The position numbers and the translations under genes were made by a program. Shown one piece after another: positions 1 through 7,192 of a stretch of 22,512 nucleotides of DNA. Source of the DNA: a virus. Location of the stretch: positions 1-22,512 of IMG/VR virus record IMGVR_UViG_3300017978_000297. One strand, written 5' to 3'. How positions within the stretch are numbered: position 1 is the first letter of the stretch; each line of letters begins with the position of its first letter. The notes under the pieces were generated by a model. The model saw only the letters and a list, made by a program, of their open reading frames with translations. It had not been told where the DNA came from and did not search any database.

Positions 1-46
1 ACTTGATTTTTGTTTTATAATATCCTGTTTCTACTCGTTCTAATGC
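1..46. repeat. Terminal direct repeat, copy 1 (identical to 22467..22512); circular-closure overlap or short terminal redundancy
   Basis: acttgatttttgttttataatatcctgtttctactcgttctaatgc is present 46/46 nt at both ends of the window. Confidence 0.95.
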
Positions 47-265
47 GCCTTTCATGACTAAACCGTTTAGCGTCCAGTTAATGGCCTTCCAATTTAAACC
101 AGTTACGTGCATGAGATAGTTAATGTTGGTTGTCGTGTCGACCAGTGTGTTTTTATAACACTGTTGTAGGATTATGACCTGTTCAACTGTAAGTGAGCCA
201 TCGCGCTCTAATGCGTTGGTGTGTGCAATGTAATCTTGAAGTGATGGTAATGATGCTAGTGCCAT
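1..265 (-). CDS. Small winged-helix DNA-binding protein, 88 aa. Its 3' end runs off the left window edge and the stop codon lies across the circular junction.
   Basis: Not in the ORF track. Hand translation from the ATG (rc of 263..265) gives MALASLPSLQDYIAHTNALERDGSLTVEQVIILQQCYKNTLVDTTTNINYLMHVTGLNWKAINWTLNGLVMKGALERVETGYYKTKIK. The frame stays open to position 2. The next codon is position 1 plus 22466 and 22465, which reads TAA. The C-terminal half resembles a MarR/wHTH recognition helix plus wing. The gene starts 19 nt downstream of the preceding gene. Confidence 0.6.
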   Translation of the reverse strand, partial: MALASLPSLQDYIAHTNALERDGSLTVEQVIILQQCYKNTLVDTTTNINYLMHVTGLNWKAINWTLNGLVMKGALERVETGYYKTKIK

Positions 266-283
266 GATGATTTTGATTATTTG

Positions 284-742
284 TTATTTTAAATTAGGAA
301 TTGCATTTAGGTATGCTTGATGCGCTTTTTCTGGTGTATTGTATGAACCTAAAAATCTTCGTTTACCATCAACATAAATTCTTGCGTGATATTTAGTGTT
401 GGTTGCTTTGTATACACCTGTAGGTAAATCTCTGATTTTATCTTTACTTGCATTTAATCTGTTAGTAATAATTTGCAAATTATCTAATCTATTATCTAAT
501 CTATCAGCATTAATGTGATCTACCACTAATCTATGCCCATCTGGTACGTGATCTAAATAGGTTATAGCCATTAATTGATGAATTCTAAATACTTTACATA
601 CACCATCGTTACACAAATTAACACGTAAATAATTAGTGTTTAAATATGCACGTAGCATTAGTCCTGTTTTTAGATTTTTTACTTCTCCGTTTGTTGATAT
701 ACCATAATTTTTGTAACCTGGTATTTGTTTAAAGTTTTCCAT
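284..742 (-). CDS. Free-standing HNH homing endonuclease with N-terminal NUMOD4-like motif and C-terminal AP2 DNA-binding domain
   Basis: IPGYKNYGISTNGEV is NUMOD4-like. VVDHINADRLDNRLDNLQIITNRLN is an HNH_3-type H-N-N core. TGVYKATNTKYHARIYVDGKRRFLGSYNTPEKAHQAY is an AP2-type strand-strand-strand-helix motif. Confidence 0.85.
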   Translation of the reverse strand: MENFKQIPGYKNYGISTNGEVKNLKTGLMLRAYLNTNYLRVNLCNDGVCKVFRIHQLMAITYLDHVPDGHRLVVDHINADRLDNRLDNLQIITNRLNASKDKIRDLPTGVYKATNTKYHARIYVDGKRRFLGSYNTPEKAHQAYLNAIPNLK

Positions 743-835
743 GCGTTTGTTATTTGTTTTGTTTGTTTTATTTATATATAAAAATAAATTTATGTTTCAT
801 GTCATTTTTGGAATTATATTATAATATTACATAAA

Positions 836-862
836 AAAGGCTGAACAGAACGTCCAGCCTTT
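836..862 (-). terminator. Rho-independent terminator (minus-strand sense)
   Basis: An 8-bp stem pairs aaaggctg (836..843) with cagccttt (855..862), with an 11-nt loop. On the minus strand the hairpin is followed by TTTTTTAT. It is the second hairpin of a tandem pair after the last late gene. Confidence 0.6.
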
Positions 863-954
863 AAAAAATAAAAGAAAAAATATAAAGAAAATCATCAAGA
901 TTATGATGACTGAGATATTATTTATACCAATTTTGCTAAATTAGTTTCAATAAA

Positions 955-984
955 AAAGCCGTTAGTCAAATTACCAACGGCTTT
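955..984 (-). terminator. Rho-independent terminator (minus-strand sense)
   Basis: A perfect 9-bp stem pairs aaagccgtt (955..963) with aacggcttt (976..984), with a 12-nt loop. On the minus strand it is followed by TTTTTTATT. It lies about 90 nt downstream of the stop of the 56-aa ORF. Confidence 0.7.
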
Positions 985-1075
985 AAATATAAAATAACAA
1001 AATATCATGAAACTGTACAAATTCGCAAATACAATTCTAATATATGTATCGTATTTTTTAAAATAGTTTCAAAAA

Positions 1076-1246
1076 TTAATTTGTTTTTAACGCTTGAATT
1101 TCTGCATAAATCTTTAACAATTCTGCTTCTTTTTCAGCAATTATTTGTTCTTGAGTAGGTACTTCTACTTGTACGATTTCAGAATGTACTAAAATCATTT
1201 CACCATTTTCATTCTTTTCGAAAGTTTCGTTATTAAAAGTTGTCAT
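1076..1246 (-). CDS. Small acidic coiled-coil protein, 56 aa, coupled to the tail-fibre gene; possibly a fibre assembly or accessory factor
   Basis: Not in the ORF track. Hand translation gives MTTFNNETFEKNENGEMILVHSEIVQVEVPTQEQIIAEKEAELLKIYAEIQALKTN, then TAA at 1076..1078. The ATG lies 12 nt after the fibre gene stop. The C-terminal stretch looks like a heptad-type helix. Confidence 0.5.
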   Translation of the reverse strand: MTTFNNETFEKNENGEMILVHSEIVQVEVPTQEQIIAEKEAELLKIYAEIQALKTN

Positions 1247-1258
1247 ATTGATAATTTT

Positions 1259-2506
1259 TTATGATTTAAATCCAACATATATAAATGTCGTGTTGAGTGA
1301 GTATGCAGCCCATGTTGCAGAACTAATAGTACTTGGTAATACTGTTTGACCGCCAACATTACTTTGTACTGACATAGCTCTACTCATTGTAGAACTATCT
1401 AATGCAGCATGGTATACAACTGATGACGAGTTAGTAGGTCCAAATACACCAACACCACTAGCACCACCTACTTGTAATATACCAATATAATACATATTTG
1501 TTGGTGAAGTTGGAATTGTAAAGTTAACATTTGTGATTGTTTTTCTACCAGTAGTAGATGAATCAACTGAACCAAATGTAGTTACTAATGTATCTGGATA
1601 AAAGTTACCACTTGCATCTGTTGTACATGTGTATAATCCTAAAGTAATAGTTGAACCAGCTTGTGCAGTAGCAGAAACTAATATTGCAACATCTTTAATT
1701 ATTTCACCTGCAGATAAACTTTGAACTAATACGTATCGAGGTGTTCCAACAGTCAATGTTTGTGTTGAACCAGAGAAAGTTAATGCAGGTGTATTTAATT
1801 TATAAAATGGAAATCCACCCATATTAGATGGAGATTTAATACTATTAAACATGTTTGCACTTCCACCACCGCCAGATGTACCAGATGATCCGCTTGTTCC
1901 AGCAGTTCCATCTATACCGCTTGTGCCATCAACACCAGATGTTCCGTCTTGACCAATTCCGCTTGTTCCGCTTGTACCGTTCTGACCATCTTGACCAGAA
2001 GTTCCACTTGTTCCATCTATACCAGATGTTCCAGTAATACCAGATGATCCGCTTGTTCCTGACGTACCAGGTGTACCAGGTTGTGAGATACCAGAAGTTC
2101 CACTTGTTCCATTAGTACCATTAGCACCGTTTAAACCAGAAGTTCCAGATGAGCCTGTTTGACCGCTAGTTCCACTTGTACCAGCAGATCCTTTTGTACC
2201 AGAAGTTCCAGACGTACCAGAAATACCAGCAGATCCAGAAACACCGCTTGTTCCAGATGAGCCATCAACTCCACTAGTTCCGCTTGTACCAGAAAGACCA
2301 CCTGCACCAATTATAGTGGCTGATGAAAAATCTTGCTCACCATACCATTTGATGGCTGCATCAGCACCACCTCTAACTTGCATAGGTAAATTATGACCTT
2401 CGCCGTCTTGTAAATTTTTAAAGGTTGAATCTAAAGCATTTTCATCTTCAGTTTTGATCATACCTTTGTATGTGTCCTTTAATTTTTTGTTGTGTAAACT
2501 ACCCAT
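1259..2506 (-). CDS. Collagen-like tail fibre / receptor-binding protein
   Basis: About 150 aa of Gly-X-Y triplets (GTSGTSGVDGSSGTSG...) are flanked by a globular N-terminus and a beta-rich, Ser/Thr/Gly-rich C-terminal domain of about 200 aa. It is the last large gene of the structural block. Confidence 0.8.
   Translation of the reverse strand: MGSLHNKKLKDTYKGMIKTEDENALDSTFKNLQDGEGHNLPMQVRGGADAAIKWYGEQDFSSATIIGAGGLSGTSGTSGVDGSSGTSGVSGSAGISGTSGTSGTKGSAGTSGTSGQTGSSGTSGLNGANGTNGTSGTSGISQPGTPGTSGTSGSSGITGTSGIDGTSGTSGQDGQNGTSGTSGIGQDGTSGVDGTSGIDGTAGTSGSSGTSGGGGSANMFNSIKSPSNMGGFPFYKLNTPALTFSGSTQTLTVGTPRYVLVQSLSAGEIIKDVAILVSATAQAGSTITLGLYTCTTDASGNFYPDTLVTTFGSVDSSTTGRKTITNVNFTIPTSPTNMYYIGILQVGGASGVGVFGPTNSSSVVYHAALDSSTMSRAMSVQSNVGGQTVLPSTISSATWAAYSLNTTFIYVGFKS
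1859..2308 (-). repeat. Collagen-like Gly-X-Y triplet-repeat region inside the fibre gene (aa 67-216)
   Basis: The 9-nt periodic low-complexity run (ggtacnagygga-type) is visible on the plus strand as accagaagttccacttgt-type repeats. The Gly register shifts at GIS-QPG (aa 139-144) and at GIG-QDG (aa 183-188). Confidence 0.85.
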
Positions 2507-2711
2507 TGTTGTTTGTGTTTTTTATTCCTTTTAATCGTGTGACAGCATCTATAGTGCCTTCGACACCAATATATGCAGTTGCGATGATCACCCAAGAGTC
2601 TCCGTCTAATTTACCCATAAAAAGGGCTACAGCTGATAGCATAAAAACCATCAGTTTTCGACTAATCCACTTAGAAGTTAATCTATCAATCATTTCCTTG
2701 CTCACCGCCAT
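2499..2711 (-). CDS. Small membrane protein, holin candidate
   Basis: 70 aa with two hydrophobic segments, LMVFMLSAVALFMG and WVIIATAYIGV, and a charged C-terminus. It overlaps the flanking genes by a few nt. Confidence 0.45.
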   Translation of the reverse strand: MAVSKEMIDRLTSKWISRKLMVFMLSAVALFMGKLDGDSWVIIATAYIGVEGTIDAVTRLKGIKNTNNNG

Positions 2712-2859
2712 ATAATTCTTTTTTAATCTTAATAGACGTGTATATGAAGACAGCTATACCAACAGCAATCTTAATAACCAAATCTAAATCCGTTAGACTA
2801 AAAGAAAAAGCTGCTGCGTTCCAGCCTATAACTGAGTCATCTACTATTTTTTTGATCAT
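2686..2859 (-). CDS. Small single-pass membrane protein, 57 aa; second lysis or holin-like candidate
   Basis: Not in the ORF track. Hand translation gives MIKKIVDDSVIGWNAAAFSFSLTDLDLVIKIAVGIAVFIYTSIKIKKELYGGEQGND, with TGA at 2686..2688. The hydrophobic core is LVIKIAVGIAVFIYTSI. The 3' end overlaps the start of the 2499..2711 gene by 26 nt. Confidence 0.4.
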   Translation of the reverse strand: MIKKIVDDSVIGWNAAAFSFSLTDLDLVIKIAVGIAVFIYTSIKIKKELYGGEQGND

Positions 2860-2921
2860 CTTTTTTTAAATATAATTTTAATTTTTTAATATTAGTTTTT
2901 GTCGATTCAGTCGTTAATCGA

Positions 2922-3506
2922 TTAACCCCAGGTTTGGTCGTCACCGAAACATTCATCGCACTGCCATGCTGAATTGTCTGCATCATATGATTTTTTTGAT
3001 TTTGGAATTACTAACCCAGAAAAATATGGGCTTTGTTTTTGTGGTTTAACTCCTGTTACGCCAGGTATATCATACTCTGTAAATAAACCAGGATTTTCAT
3101 ATAAAAATAATCTTAATCTTTTATCATAATATTCTGCTGTATCTAAAACAGTTTGACGTAACCATTTAACTTCATCTAACGAAGTAGAATCAGCTGTCTC
3201 AGATTTAGGTACTAAAATACTTGCATTTGTTAATTTGTACTTTAAAGCTGGAATAGCTAAATAAAGTGCATAATTCATTAACATTTGTGCTATATAAGCA
3301 TTTAATAGATCCTTTTCTTTTTGTACTAAATTATTATTAGCTACACCATCTTTTAATCTATTGTAAAATTTAGTGCCTAATGACTGTTCTAAATAAAGAT
3401 CTTGAGCATTAAATACAAATGGCACAATATCATCTACTTGCACATTATCATCTAATGCTGTCCAGTTTTTAATTTTATTTTCTGATATTAATAATACTGC
3501 TGCCAT
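2922..3506 (-). CDS. Putative head-tail adaptor / head-completion protein
   Basis: It lies directly downstream of the portal gene. The helical N-terminal pattern (LDDNVQVDDIVPFVFNAQDLYLEQSLGTKFYNRL ... AEYYDKRLRLFLYEN) resembles gp6-like connector proteins of Bacteroidota phages. This is pattern recall only. Confidence 0.45.
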   Translation of the reverse strand: MAAVLLISENKIKNWTALDDNVQVDDIVPFVFNAQDLYLEQSLGTKFYNRLKDGVANNNLVQKEKDLLNAYIAQMLMNYALYLAIPALKYKLTNASILVPKSETADSTSLDEVKWLRQTVLDTAEYYDKRLRLFLYENPGLFTEYDIPGVTGVKPQKQSPYFSGLVIPKSKKSYDADNSAWQCDECFGDDQTWG

Positions 3507-3508
3507 GT

Positions 3509-4615
3509 TTATTGTTGTGTGTTTTGTGATTGGATAGCGTCAATATAAAGTACTTTAGATTGTTCAATTTCTAAAGTAACATTTAAACCAAAAGCACGCA
3601 TGATTGGTTTGATTGATTTTAATAAAATATTCTGTTTAGGTACAATTACAGTTCCTAAAAAGTGTGCCCATGCAGTTTCAATTTCTGCTGCATTTGAACT
3701 AAAACCGCTAGAATCTTTAATACCTAAAAGTAGAGGTGAAGTAATGTGGTGTGCTGTCAGTACTCGAGACGAGATACGCTCTTCTAACGTTGTGTAATAC
3801 GTGTCATTTGCCGATTGAATTGGCTGAAATGTTGGTTCTTCACCTGGTTCTGAGAAAGTTAACCAAAAACGACCAGCATTATCTTCACCGCTAAATGTGT
3901 TTTTAATATCATTATAGATCTCAAGTCTTTCTTCTTCAGTTGGTTGACCATTTCTAAAATTAATAGCTAAAGAAGGTGAAAGTCCATTTGATATGTTAGA
4001 ATTATGAAAACGCGAGATACGAATATCTAATTCGCAGTCATTTAAAGCACCAGAATAATCAGGTAATGGATAATACTCATTGCCTGGTGTGTAGTCTTTG
4101 TAATAAAAAATCTGTGAAGCATTTTCTTTTTGGTTATCTAAACGATCAAATGCTCTATATTCTAATGGCACATACTTACGTGTATTTGACCAATCAATAG
4201 AATAAAAATATGTTTCAACTTCACCATACTCGTTACATTTACCTGAACGAACTCTTTCGAAAGGTACGTGATATATTTCAACAACAGTATCTGATCCTTT
4301 ATTCCAAATGGTATTTAATGCATATCCACCATGAATAGCATAGTCTGACGCTAATTTGTCAAAGACTTCATCTAGGGTTTCACCTTTTTGATTGATAATT
4401 TGATCTCCGTATTCAATAATACCATTTCCTACAATTGCAGCTGAAATAGCTTGAATACAGGTTCTGTGCATTGAAGAATTGTTATAAATTTCAATTAATT
4501 TACTTGGGAATAGGTTGTTTTCACCGAAATACATCCATTCTTTACCTTTAACTTCTATAATTTTAGGTAGATCGAATGCTTTAAATGTAAAACCTTTTAT
4601 GTGTTCTGCTTTCAT
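3509..4615 (-). CDS. Portal protein (HK97/SPP1-like Phage_portal pattern)
   Basis: The N-terminus reads KEWMYFGENNLFPSKLIEIYNNSSMHRTCIQAISAAIVGNG. The central part reads FHNSNISNGLSPSLAINF ... DNAGRFWLTFSEPGEEPTFQPI, and later RVLTAHHITSPLLLGI. These are typical portal wing/stem motifs. Confidence 0.75.
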   Translation of the reverse strand: MKAEHIKGFTFKAFDLPKIIEVKGKEWMYFGENNLFPSKLIEIYNNSSMHRTCIQAISAAIVGNGIIEYGDQIINQKGETLDEVFDKLASDYAIHGGYALNTIWNKGSDTVVEIYHVPFERVRSGKCNEYGEVETYFYSIDWSNTRKYVPLEYRAFDRLDNQKENASQIFYYKDYTPGNEYYPLPDYSGALNDCELDIRISRFHNSNISNGLSPSLAINFRNGQPTEEERLEIYNDIKNTFSGEDNAGRFWLTFSEPGEEPTFQPIQSANDTYYTTLEERISSRVLTAHHITSPLLLGIKDSSGFSSNAAEIETAWAHFLGTVIVPKQNILLKSIKPIMRAFGLNVTLEIEQSKVLYIDAIQSQNTQQ

Positions 4616-4623
4616 AATTTTTA

Positions 4624-4992
4624 TTAATTTTCGAAATAGACAACAGCTTCTCTGTCATCATTGTTTGAAATATATGTATTGTTTTCAGGGGCAGCTGAAA
4701 TTACTTTAATTAAACCTTGATCAATAATACTCCCAAATTCAATTGAACGCAATTGATATGAAAATATACCATTAGCTTCAGGATTATTAAACCAAAACTC
4801 TGGCAACTCTAATTGATATTGAGTATAACGATCGTTTGTTTGAAGCCAATACGCTGGAATAGGTGCAGCGCCTTCAGGGAATGATCTATTAGTAAATTTA
4901 CTAGTAATAACAAACTCAAAGCCACTTGGTATATCAAGTATTTTTTTGTTTATGTATATGTATGGAATTAAATCAATTATTTGTAGAAACAT
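4624..4992 (-). CDS. Hypothetical virion-module protein
   Basis: A 122-aa ORF in the operon just upstream of the portal gene. I recognise no motif. Confidence 0.5.
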   Translation of the reverse strand: MFLQIIDLIPYIYINKKILDIPSGFEFVITSKFTNRSFPEGAAPIPAYWLQTNDRYTQYQLELPEFWFNNPEANGIFSYQLRSIEFGSIIDQGLIKVISAAPENNTYISNNDDREAVVYFEN

Positions 4993-5052
4993 TTGTCAAC
5001 ATATTTGTTTATAGTTATAAATATAAAAAGACACGAAACTGTCAGAAACAAA

Positions 5053-5080
5053 AAAAGGAAGCCATAAAGACTTCCTTTTT
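5053..5080 (-). terminator. Rho-independent (bidirectional-looking) terminator after the capsid/tube gene pair
   Basis: The core stem pairs ggaag (5057..5061) with cttcc (5071..5075) and is extended by A:T pairs. An A-run lies upstream and a T-run downstream. In minus-strand sense the hairpin is followed by TTTTTTGTTT. Confidence 0.6.
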
Positions 5081-5101
5081 TATTCTTAATAGTTATTTCT
5101 A

Positions 5102-5626
5102 TTACTCACCAACTAATGTAGCAGCTACTTCGTATGAAGGAGCAGGCTCATAGCCAGTTAATGTAATGTTGTAGCCGTTTAGATCACCGTATGCAACACC
5201 TGTAGCAGCAGACCCAGCTGTTAATTCAGCTCCTCTGGTAATACCAGCTGACCAAAATTTACCGTTGTTGTCTTTTACCACTACCAAAAGGTTAGTCGCT
5301 TGTCCTAACAATTTGAAGATGTCTCTTTTAGCACTCTCTAATTTTCTGAAAATAATGTTAACATCTTGTTGGTAGAAGATTGAACCGTTCTCTGAAGAAG
5401 CAGTTGCAGCTTCTGTGAAGCTAGATGTTTGTTTATTTACAGCAAATTTGAAAAAATCTGCAGCGTCTACAGCACTACCGTCGTATGAAATACCAGTAAC
5501 TTTACCTGCAGTTTCAGTAATTGTAGCAGGAGCTGCTACTACTGATGCAATGTAAACGTACTCAATACCACCTTGGTTATCGCGACATCCTAAATTTTCG
5601 ATGCCAGCTGTTAAAATACATGCCAT
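5102..5626 (-). CDS. Putative major tail (tube-like) structural protein
   Basis: 174 aa, immediately after the major capsid gene and sharing its apparent codon style. The pattern NQGGIEYVYIA ... FKFAVNKQTSSFTE ... VVVKDNNGKFWSAGITRG ... GDLNGYNITLTGYE resembles tail-tube proteins of Bacteroidota phages. The function is not secure. Confidence 0.45.
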   Translation of the reverse strand: MACILTAGIENLGCRDNQGGIEYVYIASVVAAPATITETAGKVTGISYDGSAVDAADFFKFAVNKQTSSFTEAATASSENGSIFYQQDVNIIFRKLESAKRDIFKLLGQATNLLVVVKDNNGKFWSAGITRGAELTAGSAATGVAYGDLNGYNITLTGYEPAPSYEVAATLVGE

Positions 5627-5651
5627 AGTTTTAAATTTTTATTTTTTTAGA

Positions 5652-6557
5652 TTATGCTAAATCGTTTGTTGCGAATTGATCAACGTTTACCGCTAATACA
5701 CCTTCTCTGAAAGCGATTTTTACTTTAGTTACATCGTTAGAAGCATCCCAGAAGATGTTCATTGCAGATGCATCTGATTCTAAACCAGTACCAAAGATGA
5801 TATCAGCTTTACGTCCAACGAATACTCTGTTTGAACCTACTAAACCAGCAGATTTTACTACAGTTACGTTAGTTCCAGGAATGATTAGTTCTTTAGTATC
5901 TTCAGATGGAGTGTAGTGATACAAGTTTTGTGCAACTAAAGCTCTTGATAAAGTTCTAAAGTTAGCAGGAGAAACGAACATTACTAAATCTTCAGCATCA
6001 GCTGATTCAGCACCAACAGCGTCAATTAAGTCTAAAGCTTGATCGATTGCATTTGATAAAGTCCAAATTGCAGCACCTGCAGGTACGTTAGCACCGTTAG
6101 CACCAGTAATTTGCTCTTTTAAACCGTCAGCAACACCATCACCACTCATAATAAATTCAGAAATAGATTTTTGAACTTTTTTAGTGTAGATGTCAGCTAA
6201 AGCTGCTTGCAATTCGTTAGGAATTTCTTCTTGACCGTATGCAGATGGGTTCATCTTCATTGCCATGTAAACTGAACGTAAATCTTCAGCACACATTTGT
6301 GTTTTAAATTGTTTGTCTCTGATCACGATGTTGTGAGGAGTCAAAGTTACTTGTCCGTCAGAAGTCCAACCACAAGATAAATCGCCAGCTAAAAAGTCAG
6401 CGTCTAATTGTGTTACTTGAACAGTACCTGCAGCAAGACCTGTACGAACTGAAACGTAGTTTAACTCGTTAGTGTTCAATACAGATTTAGAGATTAATTC
6501 GTAGCTTAACTCATCTGTAAATGGAGTCAAAGCGTTTAAATCGAAACCGTAAGCCAT
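5652..6557 (-). CDS. Major capsid protein (HK97-fold type)
   Basis: 301 aa in the canonical protease-scaffold-capsid order. Composition is Ala/Gly/Val-rich. Upstream is an A-rich leader without an SD motif, and a terminator lies downstream of the two-gene unit. Confidence 0.75.
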   Translation of the reverse strand: MAYGFDLNALTPFTDELSYELISKSVLNTNELNYVSVRTGLAAGTVQVTQLDADFLAGDLSCGWTSDGQVTLTPHNIVIRDKQFKTQMCAEDLRSVYMAMKMNPSAYGQEEIPNELQAALADIYTKKVQKSISEFIMSGDGVADGLKEQITGANGANVPAGAAIWTLSNAIDQALDLIDAVGAESADAEDLVMFVSPANFRTLSRALVAQNLYHYTPSEDTKELIIPGTNVTVVKSAGLVGSNRVFVGRKADIIFGTGLESDASAMNIFWDASNDVTKVKIAFREGVLAVNVDQFATNDLA

Positions 6558-6581
6558 AATAATAGGGTTTTTGTTTTTAAA

Positions 6582-7106
6582 TTATTTGTTTTTCTTTCTT
6601 AAAGAAGATAAAAATTCGATTCTAGCGTTAGTGTTAGACTCTTCTACCTTTTTAAATTTGTTTTTGATTGGTTCAGCAGCTGGTTCACCTTTAAAAGCTG
6701 AAAATTCAGCCTTGTGTGATTCCAACTCTGCTTTCAATGCGTTAACTTGATCAACTAGTGGTTGAATAGCAGCAACAACGCCTTCGATTGAGAAAGTTTC
6801 TTCAGCAGAAGCTTCAACTTCTACTTCTACTTCAGTTTCAGCTGGTTCAGCCTCTGCTTCTTTTTCTTCAATCTTAACGATGATACCCGCTTCGTCTACA
6901 GTAACAATCATACCATCTTGAGTTTCGTGAATGCCAGCAGGAGCTGGAATTTCACCTTCAGATGTTACAACTACTAATGCAGCGCCTTCAACTAATTCAC
7001 CTTCTGTTTTTACAACAGTACCATCGATTAAAATGGCTTCAGCAAATTTGTCTTCAACTAAACCTAGCATCACTGATAATTTGTGATAAGCTGTTTTTGC
7101 AGTCAT
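6582..7106 (-). CDS. Scaffolding protein
   Basis: An acidic, helical 174-aa protein (EEKEAEAEPAETEVEVEVEASAEE; LVDQVNALKAELESHKAEF) with a basic C-terminal tail, sitting between the protease and the capsid gene. Confidence 0.7.
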   Translation of the reverse strand: MTAKTAYHKLSVMLGLVEDKFAEAILIDGTVVKTEGELVEGAALVVVTSEGEIPAPAGIHETQDGMIVTVDEAGIIVKIEEKEAEAEPAETEVEVEVEASAEETFSIEGVVAAIQPLVDQVNALKAELESHKAEFSAFKGEPAAEPIKNKFKKVEESNTNARIEFLSSLRKKNK

Positions 7107-7192
7107 TTGTGTTAGATTTTTTTTTAAAATTACGTAATTTGGAGTTCAACTCCGTAAAGAAGTATATCCATGTTATATATTGACAAAAGTTT

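Noticed and set aside
691-705. Additional partial matches to the iteron core (GATATACC at about 695..702 and GATATACCT at about 9831..9839)
   Set aside because: Both lie inside coding sequence, lack the flanking GG and TTTT context, and are at the frequency expected for an AT-rich 8-9-mer.
743-1075. tRNA or small structured RNA in the long non-coding region
   Set aside because: No cloverleaf-compatible arms or conserved T-loop (GTTCRANYC-type) sequence is visible. The only stable hairpins are followed by T-tracts and are better explained as terminators.
1855-2037. 60-aa plus-strand ORF (MHFHHRQMYQ...) opposite the collagen-like region
   Set aside because: It is the antisense shadow of a triplet-periodic low-complexity coding repeat. 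The His/Gln/Phe/Leu-rich translation is nonsense, and there are no start-context or operon partners on the plus strand.
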